DNA of 63,962 nt, the filler included, from Folioceros fuciformis (taxonomy: Eukaryota): the NCBI GenBank assembly GCA_049999805.1. It is 36 parts of 36 records of this genome, joined end to end, with 100 filler letters (N's around TTAATTAATTAA, not from the genome) between each part and the next. Parts side by side here need not be neighbours in the genome. Positions count along the whole stretch, not along the records: positions 36,719 to 39,762 come from JBNGIO010007158.1; positions 39,863 to 41,471 come from JBNGIO010007159.1; positions 41,572 to 43,037 come from JBNGIO010007160.1; positions 43,138 to 44,191 come from JBNGIO010007161.1; positions 44,292 to 45,749 come from JBNGIO010007162.1; positions 45,850 to 48,215 come from JBNGIO010007163.1; positions 48,316 to 49,383 come from JBNGIO010007164.1; 29 more parts are not named here. One strand, written 5' to 3'. Position numbers and translations under genes: made by a program. Below the pieces are notes generated by a model, which was not told the origin of the DNA, made no database searches, and was given only the letters and a program-made list of their open reading frames with translations. Positions 37,096 to 48,930 of this stretch are shown here, in pieces. The stretch's first letter is position 1, and every line of letters starts with the position of its first letter.

Positions 37096-39423
37096 TCAAG
37101 ACCCGTAGCCCATGTGGCTCAAGAGGGCCCAAAGGTGCGTCACGAATTCTCCACCTACCACAAGCTGTTCAACGTGCTCTAGAGGCTTGTTAGCAACAGC
37201 GATTGTAATGACAAAATCGCACCACACATCCGCTAACAGCTTCCATCGGCGTTCTCCAGCAGCTATCAAATTCCGGGCAAGGTGTCGTCCAACACCTAAG
37301 GTACCTCCGCCGCTGTTACTGCCAGTCTCATCAGATACTAACCCATCCCGATTGTATTCTGCTACAGAGTCACGATACACCTTTCTGCCCATGTCAGGAT
37401 GGCATGGCAGCAGCTCCGTCTTGGTGACCAGCAGATACAGGAGATACCTGGATAGATATCCAGCCAGTTCCTTGTCACTCAAATCGGGCACGCTGCCACC
37501 AGGTTCTTGTGAGGATGCCTCCTCCACCGGCACAGGTGTTGCCTCCTCCACAGGTGTTGCCTTTTCGCAGAGGCAGGTTGCGACGTGCCAATGGATGAGG
37601 GCATGCTCTAGGTCAGTTAGACTGGCAAAGCGGAAATCTCTGTTCTCCTCGAGAAGCAGTAAACTGCTCAGGACTTGTGACCTGGAATGCACGAGCTGCT
37701 CTGACCATTCCTGGCACGTGTCCAGCACCCTCTGTGTCACCCTGTTCTTCACCTTGTCGGAGGTTGCCTTGGAGAGGGAGTGAACATGCGTCGTCGGCAT
37801 CCACGCCATAACTTTATCAAGCAGCCCTCTGTACCGTCCCGACATTTGTTTTGCTGTTTCCACCCATCTGTGGAACGAACTTCGGTCGTGTGCGTGAATT
37901 GGGATCATGGCAATCTGGTCCAGGGAATCCCTCCAGTACCTTAATCTGAGGTTACCTATCTTAGCGCGAAGGGCCAGGAGAGGGTGGAGCTGCAGGTGGC
38001 TGCCAGCTGTATGCGGTTGCCGAGCCCGATGCGCGCGCACATGGGAACAGGCCAGCGTAACCGAAGTCCAATCCGACAACAGTATCCTGACGAGCTGATA
38101 CACTTCGATTCCCCAGGATACCAGAACCAGCGTCACGGTGATCCACTTGGATGACCGGAAATCGGGAGAGGAGCCACGAACGTGCACGAGAGTGATAAGG
38201 AATAGGGCAGCCACGGTGAGGAAGCCGACGTTGAGCAGACGCAGGCAGAAGCCGAGGCGGGAAAAGGCAGTCCCTGTCGCCTTGGTGTAGATGCTGTCGA
38301 ACAGGAAACGCAGCTCCATGTCCAACACCTTCCTGACTCTGGCAGGATCTTCGCGATGCTGCGTGAAGACATGCCTGGTTCCTGGCAAGTTTCTCTCGTA
38401 CATGAACAAGCCGATGACCCTCCTCCTGAGCATCTTGAAAAGCGCGTGCCCTAAGCACAAGTCCTGGAGATAGTCCTTGGCCGGCAAGGACCCGCATTCC
38501 TGCACCTCCCAATACCTTACCATGGCCTTGGCACCAATTAGGCTGTCATTGACATTGAACGTCCCCGTTTTGGCCGCCAGCTTCAACATGGTTTGATACC
38601 ACTCCGCCTCTCCTTCCACGATGTAATGCACCCGGTTTTGGGCCCTCTGCAAGGCACCCAAGAGCTCCATAAACTTGTAGATGGGCTGGACGGCCGTCAC
38701 CACAGACGCCCTGCTGGCATAGAAGAGAGCCAGGGTGCGTTCCGCGTACTTGTTGGAGCCAGCAAACAGCAGGAATACAGAGACGACGAGGAAAGGCCCG
38801 TGCCCGGTTCGCGAGATGAGGTAGACCACCAGACATAGCTGGATGAGCATGGTGAGGCCATGGCGGGGCCACAACTCGGTATCCGCGTTGGAGTAGGCGG
38901 TGATGTTGTCCGGCGCCCCGAGATGCATGAGCAGAATGGGTCCCCACAGCGAGTACACCACGTTGTCGTGGTCGCTGGTGAGGACGTTGGGGAGCATGAG
39001 GCCCAGGCAGTAGAGAGCTGCGGCGTCGGAAGCATTGTATGCCAGCCAGGCCAAGAGGCGCAGGCCTTTGCTCCACTTCCTGCTCCCTCCCGTGGCCAGC
39101 AGCACTAGCTGCAGGCACATGCTGATGAGCGTGAGCGCCGGGATCTGCACGTCCTCCAGGTGCGACACGAATTTGTGTGCATCCTCGGATAGCCCCTGGG
39201 CTGGCCTCACCAGCCTACCTGCTGTCACGAGGAGAAGGAGCAGCAGGGGCAATCCACGGCTGAAGCAGGGCCGAAACCTATTACTTAGGCTACGGCTACG
39301 GCTGTGGCTACGGCTACGGCTGTGGCTGTGGCCCTGGCTCTTGCCCTGGCCATGTCCGGGTCCTTCCATGACACCTTCACGATGTGTGTTGTGACTGGGA
39401 AAAGTTGGGGATCCCAGCCTCAT
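37096..39423 (-). CDS. DUF4220 + DUF594 multi-pass membrane protein
   Basis: Intronless 775-aa ORF with WLAYNASDAAALYCLG, WGPILLMHLGAPDNITAYSNADTELWPRH and KYAERTLAL (DUF4220), plus RWKLLADVW...HVEQLVVGGEFVTHLWALLSHMG (DUF594). Confidence 0.95.
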   Translation of the reverse strand: MRLGSPTFPSHNTHREGVMEGPGHGQGKSQGHSHSRSRSHSRSRSLSNRFRPCFSRGLPLLLLLLVTAGRLVRPAQGLSEDAHKFVSHLEDVQIPALTLISMCLQLVLLATGGSRKWSKGLRLLAWLAYNASDAAALYCLGLMLPNVLTSDHDNVVYSLWGPILLMHLGAPDNITAYSNADTELWPRHGLTMLIQLCLVVYLISRTGHGPFLVVSVFLLFAGSNKYAERTLALFYASRASVVTAVQPIYKFMELLGALQRAQNRVHYIVEGEAEWYQTMLKLAAKTGTFNVNDSLIGAKAMVRYWEVQECGSLPAKDYLQDLCLGHALFKMLRRRVIGLFMYERNLPGTRHVFTQHREDPARVRKVLDMELRFLFDSIYTKATGTAFSRLGFCLRLLNVGFLTVAALFLITLVHVRGSSPDFRSSKWITVTLVLVSWGIEVYQLVRILLSDWTSVTLACSHVRAHRARQPHTAGSHLQLHPLLALRAKIGNLRLRYWRDSLDQIAMIPIHAHDRSSFHRWVETAKQMSGRYRGLLDKVMAWMPTTHVHSLSKATSDKVKNRVTQRVLDTCQEWSEQLVHSRSQVLSSLLLLEENRDFRFASLTDLEHALIHWHVATCLCEKATPVEEATPVPVEEASSQEPGGSVPDLSDKELAGYLSRYLLYLLVTKTELLPCHPDMGRKVYRDSVAEYNRDGLVSDETGSNSGGGTLGVGRHLARNLIAAGERRWKLLADVWCDFVITIAVANKPLEHVEQLVVGGEFVTHLWALLSHMGYGS

Positions 39424-39691
39424 TTCATACTTGTGGGAAATGCAGCAGGGGTGCTGCTGCTATTCCTCAATTTTGTGTGGCATCGATTGCATTGTGAAAT
39501 GCAAGTTTACATTATGCTCGTACAGGCGTGCCTATCGATTAGGCCAATGCCGCACGAGGATCAAAGACGTGGCGTTGACGGCTGACGTGCAGATCATGGG
39601 ATCTGCTGTATTGGGCGGGCGTTGGGCAGCGGCAGCTGGGGCCCCGACCAGATCCAACGGCGTAGGACAATTCCAAGGCTCCCAAACCAGG

Positions 39692-39762
39692 TTCCTTCCC
39701 TCCAGCCCGCCCGAGTCCTTCCCTCCAGCCCGCCCGAGTCCTTCCCTCCAGCCCGCCCGAGT
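39692..39762 (+). repeat. 23-bp tandem repeat (CCTTCCCTCCAGCCCGCCCGAGT x3) at a contig end
   Basis: Seen directly. Confidence 0.9.
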
Positions 39763-40247
39763 NNNNNNNNNNNNNNNNNNNNNNNNNNNNNNNNNNNNNN
39801 NNNNNNTTAATTAATTAANNNNNNNNNNNNNNNNNNNNNNNNNNNNNNNNNNNNNNNNNNNNATCCGAAAGCGCGGGGAGCGGGAGTAACTTGAAGCGTG
39901 AAGCGGCTGAAGGAGGAGAAAGTGCCAGGACGACGGGGCAGACGGCGCAGGGCGTGAGGATTGAGCAGGCATAGGAGAGTGGGAGACCTCCAAGGCGCGA
40001 GCGGTGGAGAGAGCTGGGCGAACAAAGGAAGAGCCAGAGCGTGACCAGGACAGAAGAGTTCCGAGCCTGAGCGTGAGGGGAGGAGGATAGCCAGGATGAG
40101 GTCGTGGCCTAAACTGATCTCTGGAGCAGCAGCCTCTAAACAGGAGGGGGAACCTCTTGTCCCCCGAATCGAACTACTCCTGTGGCCAAATATGGAGCAC
40201 TGGAGGGCCAGGGCAGGAAAGTAGGTGGCAGAGCTGGGTCTGACTTT

Positions 40248-41471
40248 TATGACCCAGAAGTGGAACCATGCAGCACCCCAGCTAGTCAGGGAGTGCGCCC
40301 TGAGGCTGATAGAGCCAGGCTGTACACGAGGAGGGGATCAGAAGCAGACCCCAGGAATGGAACCTAGAGTTGATTTTGAGGGTCTACGGACGTCATCAAC
40401 AGGAGGAAGGGGAACTGGTGTTGAAGTCCCTGAAGAGGCGTGGCGGAACGGGAGCCGCGGAAACGCTGCTCAAGGCAGGCACGAGAAAGGAAGCAAACGG
40501 GTGGCTGGTGCGCGACATGGCAAGTCCCCAGCTGTTGGGATTGGCCAAGTGGTTCCTGAGCTTCTTCCAGGTACGCAAACAGGATTATCTGTCCGTTGAG
40601 CCAGCAAGGGCTGCCTCCAGCAGTTGGAAAGCTCGCAGGAGGAAACCCCAGTCAAGCCCAGGAAGAGGATGGCGCCACAAAAGAAGACTCTTGCCAGGAG
40701 GAAGAGGACCAGAGAACAAAGTGTGAGCATGGGGGCTGATCAGGAGGAAGGGGGAGCAGCCCTGGAGCAGACGGGTCAGCAGGAGGCAGAACGAGAACCA
40801 GCTGTCCAGGGAATCAAGGACCGAAGGTTGGAGAAGCAAGGTCAGAGTGGGACAAGACCCAAGGAGCCACCGGATCAAGTGATGGCAGCCGACACAGTTT
40901 CCTCCAGACAGGAGGATAAGTTAGGGCACGTTTCAGCACAGGAGGGTTCCTCAAGGTGGAAGGACATTTTCAGGTACAGGCCTCAGAGAGATAGGTTGCA
41001 GGTGGGGGACCTGGACAAGTTGCGAGAATTCATGGGCAGACAAATCATGGCGAGAGGAATGGGCACCGGAGGGGTGCAGGAGGTGGACCTACCCGGGCTG
41101 ACTGCTGCGATGGTGCAGGCCCAAGCATACCTCCTGGATCAGGCTGCTAGGGCCCTGACCTGGTTAAGTGTACAAGCGGAGCGAGAGGCCGAGGCTTGGG
41201 GAAAGGAGGAGAAGGCTCGTGAGCGAGAGGCTGAAGCAAGGAGGCAACTGGCAAAGTCGGAGACGGCGCGGCAACTGCTGGAGGAGAAGCAGCGGGTCCT
41301 GGACAGGGAGAAGGCTCAAGCCGAGGAAGAGCGTGCGAGGCGAGGGCTGAAGTGCAGGCGCTGAAAGAGCAACAGGGTACCCTGCTAGCTCAGGTGAGGG
41401 AGGCTCACGAGACTAACCGGGAGATGCAACAGGAAATGGCCAAGGCACAAGAGATGGAGATAGCCGCTGTG
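40248..41471 (+). mobile_element. TE accessory ORF family B, copy 2 (frameshifted, internally deleted) followed by a coiled-coil region
   Basis: MTQKWNHAAPQLVREC...RVYGRHQQEEGE...LLKAGTRKEANGW...KQDYLS, then an E/R/Q/A-rich heptad region. Confidence 0.7.
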
Positions 41472-42752
41472 NNNNNNNNNNNNNNNNNNNNNNNNNNNNN
41501 NNNNNNNNNNNNNNNTTAATTAATTAANNNNNNNNNNNNNNNNNNNNNNNNNNNNNNNNNNNNNNNNNNNNCTATTCGGTTTCCCCAATTTCTTCCCCCT
41601 GCTGTTGTTTCTCAGTCTCGTTTGTTCATTTGGCACTGCAGAAATTAGCCCCAGGCCTCCATCTCCACTCCTCCTCTACGCCCCTTTGCTCCCACTCTCC
41701 AGCGCCCTCTCTAAGTCAGCTAGCTAGCCCCTGTTGTTGTTCCTCAGCCCTGCATGCAAGTAGTAGCAAGCGCACTAGGGTTATAGGGTACTCCCTACTT
41801 ATTAGCCTTCTTTTGCAACAGAATTCAAGGAAAGAGATTGAGTTAACGACGAGACAAAGTATTCAATCTGGAGTGTACAAATGTTTGTTGCTCTTCATGC
41901 TCAACATGTGTGGAATGTTATGGGTAGCGACTTCTAGCAACTTTCATTAATTGCAAGTGAAGCAAATAAAGATAACTAGTACAATGCAAATAATATTGCT
42001 TGTGCCTTGATCATTAGTGTTCTTCATGAGGTGTTGCTGCCACATGTTGCCTACCTCACACTTTTGTCTCCATTTACAATGCATCTCTTTGAGATGTTAG
42101 CAAGCCTTTAGTTTTAGGACAAGAAGTGAAAGTTAGCTTCACAGATGTAGTTGGTGCCCTTTTCCAAAAGAACAAAGTTGCACCATTTCAAAAGCACCAG
42201 CACTTTCGGCAATGATGACTACAAAGCATGCCAACAAGCATGCTCTCTAGTTGCCATCGCGGAAGCCCATTCAATGGGCATCCCTCTTGACATTGATGCC
42301 CTTCCCTCTTGCTCTTCAACCCTCCCTCCTTTGCAGTAGCCTCCATCTTGCCACTATAGTGTTGCGCACACCCGAGTGCCTTGTAATGAGTCTTCCACAT
42401 GGAGGAGGAGAGGACTACTTGCGCTTCGTAACGAAGGTGGAAACGAATGTCCGACATGCCTAGGGGGAGTTGTGACTTTCTACACCACTATAGATGCCTT
42501 AGATGTCCAAAAGCGAGTGCTAGAGGTGTCGTGCTAAAATAGTGTTAGCTAAAAGTGCCCTTAACATTAGGCAACCAACATTGTATGTAAACGAGAAACC
42601 TAACCTCTCACTCTCTGAGAAGGTTGTTGTGAACATGAGTGTAAGGCATATGAGAAAATAAGCAGGGACAAACTGGATCCTGGTAAGTCCTTAACAAAAA
42701 CCACACACATGAGCACCACTATCGCGCTACAAGGAGCGCCAATGTATCTCGT

Positions 42753-42868
42753 TGTGGAGGCAAAACCCCGGGCACTAATTGCCCACGGGTTCCTCCTTTA
42801 GTGGCCACACTTATCCCACTATCATTGAGACATTGGGTTCCGTTCCCACGAAGGAGCGATGAGATTCC
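42753..42868 (+). mobile_element. LTR-like repeat family A, short copy
   Basis: TGTGGAGGCAAAACCCCGGGCACT...CCCACGAAGGAGCGATG. Confidence 0.8.
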
Positions 42869-43294
42869 TAATGAATAATAAGTGTTGAGTAATAATTAGG
42901 GCCAGTTCTGTTCTAGTTAGGTTAGTTAACCATACCCGTTCGTTAGGGTTGCAACGTTTCATAAAGGGTGTATCGTTTCGTAGAAAGGCTGTAGTTTAAG
43001 TTTGATTTATGTTCTTGTATATAATATACATATATAANNNNNNNNNNNNNNNNNNNNNNNNNNNNNNNNNNNNNNNNNNNNTTAATTAATTAANNNNNNN
43101 NNNNNNNNNNNNNNNNNNNNNNNNNNNNNNNNNNNNNGGCTGTATCTATTGTTGATTGTAATTCATCTAGTTTTTCACTAACCTAGTTTAATATTTTTAT
43201 CATAGAAATACCAATAACCATCATAATAGATAAATAAATTACAAGTCTAATAGTTGCCAGAAGGAAGGAAGGAAGGAAGTGGTACGGTAGTCAC

Positions 43295-43691
43295 CTCCAT
43301 TTCCATTTGCCTTGCAGAAGAAGGATCCTCTGGAAAAGTGTAACGATTTGCATCCATTACATCACAAATTTTGGTTATCTTGGTCTTCGCATGCTCTCCA
43401 GTATAAAATACAATGAAAACTAACTTGTCCACCTATTTGTTTTAGGGTATCAATATAGCATGAAATCTACAGTTGGAATCACCTAAATTCATTAGTCTGA
43501 ATGACTAGATTCTTTACTTTGTCTCCTGTAATGGGGTTAATTAAAGTTGTTGGGCGTGAGACTTTCTTGAAAATCATGTTTCCACGAGTTGTTCGAAACA
43601 AAACTTTCTCAAAAGATGCTAATTTGGCTTTAGGGATTAATGCTGTGATGTAACCCAGTCTCCCATGTTTTGAAGGTTCAGTTTGCATCTC
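43295..43691 (-). pseudogene. VHA-a: V-ATPase subunit a, N-terminal-half exons (43691-43518, 43432-43295)
   Basis: EMQTEPSK..RLGYITALIPKAK..SFEKVLFRTTRGN...PITGDK|VDKLVFIVFYTGEHAKTKITKICD...ANRYTFPED; GT-AG boundaries. Confidence 0.85.
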
Positions 43692-43856
43692 CTGAACAAA
43701 TACAGTGCACCGTTTACAGAGAAGATAAAACACATCTAGGTTCTGGAAGGGCGTGTAAATTTAATACCACTGGGATTGCACCTGCCCCAGTAGAGGAATA
43801 TCCATAGCTTCATTTAGGTGATTTATTTTCTTATGGTTTGTGTCATTTGTTGTCAG

Positions 43857-44191
43857 GTTATTTTGGTACTGACAGCATTGGTTGCTGTTCCGTGGATGCT
43901 TCTACCCAAACCATTCATTTTGAAAAAGCAATGGGAACAAGTTAGTCACCCAACTACCTATTTAGACAACAATCTCTATGCATCTCAATATCTCATTGCT
44001 ACATCTAACTCGCCCTCTTCTGCACACCCTAAACGCTAGAGAATGCAAGCTCGTGGATATGGAGTCCTCGGTGCCTATGCACATAGCGATTCCCATGGAG
44101 ATCGTTCGAGCGAACATGAGCATGACGAGCACGCTGAAACTGAGCATGAAGAATTTGATTTTGGAGAGATATTTATACACCAAATGATACA
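43857..44191 (+). pseudogene. VHA-a: V-ATPase subunit a, C-terminal-half exons (43857-43940, 44040->44191), in opposite orientation to the upstream exons
   Basis: VILVLTALVAVPWMLLPKPFILKKQ|...HEEFDFGEIFIHQMI. Confidence 0.85.
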
Positions 44192-45371
44192 NNNNNNNNN
44201 NNNNNNNNNNNNNNNNNNNNNNNNNNNNNNNNNNNTTAATTAATTAANNNNNNNNNNNNNNNNNNNNNNNNNNNNNNNNNNNNNNNNNNNNGGCCTAAAG
44301 ATCTCTGCGGCGCACTTCCATCGACCTATAGCCTACAGCGCGCCCAGCTCATCAGCAGCTTAGGCTACTAAAATCCGCGGTGCGCACCCCAATCCCATCA
44401 ACCTGGCCAAATCCCGCATTGGCTGGCTTCCTACATCACGACGATGACTAGATCCCTTCAAGTCTGCGGCCTAGTCCCCTAAATAGTGTGCCACTCCCTA
44501 ATTCTTGGCTTAGACCACTCCTGCAGCACATTCAATCCCAACTCTCGAGGATGGATCCTTCTGCCTACAACTTGGATCTAAGGGAGGGATGCCCTCGTTG
44601 TTCCATTGCATATGTATACATAATCCTACAAAAACAAAACTAGACAATTAAAAAAACCTTCACCAATTGATCAATACATAATTTGGGTGTGTGCCCAACA
44701 ACATGCATTCCACAAACCTCCCTTTTGAACTATTTTGAGCAAAATGCAACAAAGTCAGACCTTCTTAGACTAATTCAGACCTATTGCTCAATATATAATA
44801 TTCAGATATAATATTCTCAATCTAAAAATAAATATAATATTATCAATTAAAATAGTTTTAAGAAAAAAATGTACACACATAAGTGTCACTTGCTCTAAGC
44901 TATGAAGAACAAACCACATAACCACCTTAGGGATAGGGTGACATATATATATATTAATTCAAAGTGCTAAAAGGTGCTCTAAATATTGAATTACTCTCCT
45001 TTGTTTTTGAGAGTTTGTTCACTCCTCGAATTCTTTTGCCAATATAACTGCACATTTGGAACTTGTAAGAAAATTAAATACATATTATTAATCACATGTA
45101 TTTAAAAGTAGTAATTACTACTTTTCAATTGTCGGCCAAAATAAGTGTAAGTTCTCAACATATAAGAAGGTAAAATACTTGTCAATACCATTCTTGAGAA
45201 GTTAGTCTTGTATTTGAGAACTATTATGGGTCATTAAACGATACAAATATTGCAATAACTATATGTTTTATTGTGCCTACATCAAAATATACATAGATTA
45301 AATTTCATAAAAATTTAAACTATGGTAATCTATGCATATTAAATTTCAATAAATATGTAAAACCTCATGTT

Positions 45372-45749
45372 TTAATAGTTTATATCTTGTGGAGGTTCTG
45401 GAATAAACGGACAACTATTTAATATACCTTTAGTAGAGTAACGGAAATAGCAGTCATGAACAAGAATCCACCCTTCACTTGGCATTTGATAGTCACAAAC
45501 AATAGTCAAAAGTAGATTTTTAACCTTTAGTACACAAACATAACAATCTCTCCAATCTCGCATACTAATATCATTTTTATAACAAGTCATCACGCCCCAA
45601 AATGTTGGTTTATTTATGTTTGTCGTACTTGTATATGATCTATAAAATGGAATCACGGAAGCATCATTGAAAATTTCATTCTTAAATTCAAGCAAATCTG
45701 CAATGAGTTGATTAGCTGCTGCTTTGACAAAAAGGAATGTGGATGGCAC
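45372..45749 (-). CDS. Divergent Gnk2/DUF26-like protein, 5'-truncated
   Basis: FWGVMTC-x12-CYVC...IVC....EGWILVHDCYFRYS; cysteine pattern and CxxRY motif of DUF26. Confidence 0.65.
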   Translation of the reverse strand: MPSTFLFVKAAANQLIADLLEFKNEIFNDASVIPFYRSYTSTTNINKPTFWGVMTCYKNDISMRDWRDCYVCVLKVKNLLLTIVCDYQMPSEGWILVHDCYFRYSTKGILNSCPFIPEPPQDINY

Positions 45750-45849
45750 NNNNNNNNNNNNNNNNNNNNNNNNNNNNNNNNNNNNNNNNNNNNTTAATTA
45801 ATTAANNNNNNNNNNNNNNNNNNNNNNNNNNNNNNNNNNNNNNNNNNNN

Positions 45850-47425
45850 TCGCTGAGGTTTGACTCCACGAATGGCAAGAATGTTGATCTGATCGCTGCG
45901 ACTTCGGCTGCCTCAGGAGACAAGTTCGCAACGCGGCATCGGATGAACAAGCAATGGGTGCTGCAAGAATTGGTGATCGACTACGACAAGTACGTCCAGG
46001 ATCGCGTGCTGCCTCTCGTCTCCCAGTGGAATTCGCTTCACCGGTCACGGTCGGAGGACAAGTGTGTTGTCAATGTGGAGCCGTTTGAAGCATTCATCAA
46101 AGATCCCATTCCGGACTTGGTTTCCCCTGAGGGCGAGTCGGTAGGTGAGGGTGATCGCTTTGCAGTGGATGGTGATGCGAGGATGGAGGACGACTTAGAG
46201 CTAACCACGATGGCTGATATCCTCAAAAGTCTGAGGCAGCTCATCAACAAGTCCATGGCCGATATCCTGGTAAGTCTCAAGCCGGCTGCCTTGCGCAGAT
46301 AGGCGTTCTCTGACATTCGCTGTCATTGTTTCTTGTCGAGGGTAGAGCAGCCAAAGGTACGAGGCCGAGCTAGGCGGCTTTCAGGAAAAATGCGGAGAGC
46401 GAAGCATGGAAATGTTGCATGCATTGTGGTACATTCAGCGACACTCCACCATTGCCGAGTGGGGACAAGGGGTGTGGACTTTTGACGTGGAAGCTCCCAT
46501 TGCTACTTTGCGGAGGAAAGGCTCTCAGGCATGCACGGAAATTGATGTCCAGTGATGAATGTTGAGACCTACCAACGTCGCAGCATGAACCCACTGACGT
46601 TGAGCTCTGAATCGTGTATCTTCCCGTAGGTAAACTCGGAAGGCCAAGAGATGAGCAAGCCATCCAGTGTCCTCAAGCTGCTGTCTCGGTAGTCTCCGTC
46701 GTGTCCACACCTTTCCAGCCTTTCCTCCTCCGTAGTGTCCACACCTTTGTCCTGGAGGTAACGATCAACATTGGCAACATCGTGTGCCGGGTGGCAAATG
46801 CATCATGGGATGGAGATTACGTGGGGCACTTTCCGTCTGCCCTATCAGTTTTTGTGGCATCGATGGATCATGCATCTCTTTTCAGCGTCAACAAGTCCTC
46901 CAATAACCAGGCGTTCAAGATCAAAATAAATGAGCGCTTGGGATTTGCTGTGGCGTTGGGAGTCAGCAACACGGTGAGCTGGGATCCAGCAAGGTATTAT
47001 TGGAGCTGGGGCTGTGACCGGGGCTTACCTGTCTGTCGGCATTAGACCCTGGGATTTTGAGCAACTCGAAGACCGAGAGAATGGAGGGAGTTTTAACTGG
47101 ACTCTTACGAGCTGGCAAGGAAAGCCTTTCGATCGCCTTAACCCTAAACTCTCTGACAAGAAGACCTCTCTTGTTCAGTTTGGTCGGAGGCCCCCTTCGA
47201 ACCCTTTGCTTGGGCTTCCTCGATGGGAGCGTGTTGTTTGCACACGACGAATATTCCGAGGGGTTGAAGTGGAGGTTTCCTAGGGAAAGGGAGGGGGCAA
47301 TGGTGGCGTGGGTGTTGGAAGGAAGCGTGGACACAACAATGGTGACGAAGAAGGGGTGTCGGGAAACTCGAACCCTTCACTTCGAGCATTTTGTCCAGCA
47401 CATTACGAATCCCCGACCCAGATGA
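45850..47425 (+). pseudogene. Frameshifted paralog of the 26022-28065 gene
   Basis: LQELVIDYDKYVQDRVLPL..MADILKSLRQLINKSM; INIGNIVCRVANASWDGDYVGHFPS; NKSSNN; RPWDFEQ..WQGKPFDRLN..FGRR; DGSVLFAHDEYSEGLKWRFP...WVLEGSVDTT..RETRTLHF. Homology is spread over several frames. Confidence 0.85.
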
Positions 47426-48171
47426 GCCGGACAAGGACAATTAAAAAAAGAAGGGGAAGAAGGCCAAGTGAAAACTCAAACTCCTCTGCGGAAGAATGTG
47501 CATCTCTTCTATCCGGATAGCAACATGTTGCAAGCCCGGGTAACGCATCCTATTGTAGACGTCGACTTGAGGTATACATGTACGGAAGCACGTCTAGTCA
47601 AGAGATGTGGAACAACGATCCTTGGGCACACGCTTGTCGTTGTGAAAGCGGTCTGTCCCCCACTCTTTTCCATTATTCCCCCTTCGTCCAGGAGAGCAAC
47701 TGGGTCCTTTGCCCGGTCAACGCACTGTTCCTCATCAAGGACCCGGTCAATTCAGGATAGGCACTGCTGTCTAGACATGTTGTAGCGCATTCCCGCTCTT
47801 TAGTTCCCAGTGCTCCAACCATCAGGCTGGAAATTGTCCCAGGCAATTCTAGTAGCACTAACATCATCCTGCTTCATTTGTCTGTTGGATCCTGCCTCTT
47901 CCTCAGGAAAATTGCGATTGTATCAGGATCGGTTGGTGACGCTGAAAACCAGGGGCCACAATGTTTTGTTTCTTCCTCCGAAACTGTAGTCATACAGAGT
48001 TCAAAAGAGACCCGGGTAGCAACTCAAATACCAGTACTACAAGGACTTCTGACATCCTGAATCCTAAAGCGAGCTACGGTCAGACAAACTCCGACGTTTC
48101 TAAGAAAAATCATTACAGGCCGATCTGCAAGACAAGTGGGGCAACCTGTTAGAGTCCTCATCCATCCACTC

Positions 48172-48215
48172 TCATTCCCCTTCTTTCCGTTCCTTGCCCT
48201 CCTTCCCTTCCTTGC
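48172..48215 (-). CDS. Probable terminal codons (KEGKEGKERKEGE*) of the 26022-28065 gene
   Basis: The reverse complement of the contig end carries the same AAGGAAGGGAAGGAGGG unit in which the 28065 contig ends, followed by TGA. Confidence 0.6.
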
Positions 48216-48930
48216 NNNNNNNNNNNNNNNNNNNNNNNNNNNNNNNNNNNNNNNNNNNNTTAATTAATTAANNNNNNNNNNNNNNNNNNNNNNNNNNNNN
48301 NNNNNNNNNNNNNNNTCTGGTCATTGATCTCATCCATACCAGCCACACCATAATGCCCTGCCAATTGCGACCTAGTGCTTGGTGATCAGAGGCTAAGGTG
48401 CCTTGCAAAGAAGGCAGAAAACAAAAGCCAAATACCTTCAATGGCAAAGGTCCAACAGAGAGATTCGATATCTCAAAGAGGCATAGGAAAACCTTTGTCA
48501 TTATGGCTGGTTCAGGACCTGCGGTGTCCTACTTTTTAATTGGCGAAGGACTACTCCTCAGAGGTCACCTAGAACATAATGATTACAACTTCTCATACAT
48601 CCAGGTAGAATACCTCTTCCATCAACAATGAAAAGGGAATTTGCCACATGTCTAGACATCATCGCTCCCATCTCACTCACCTATGTCAAGGAGAAAGTAA
48701 TCTCTCACCTCAATTCTCTATGTAGACAGCACAACCTCTTCATGCTCCCATCTGCGAAGGAAATTCAAGAAACACAAACCTCAATAATACACAAAATCAA
48801 CAGTCTAGACGAATCACGTTCCTGCATCAAATTCCCTCAACGAACTTACAGAGTAGTCCTCACCATGCAGTTAGATGTATCTAGTATAATTAGAAACACT
48901 GTCTTTAGCGTTTAGAACGCCACCAACACC

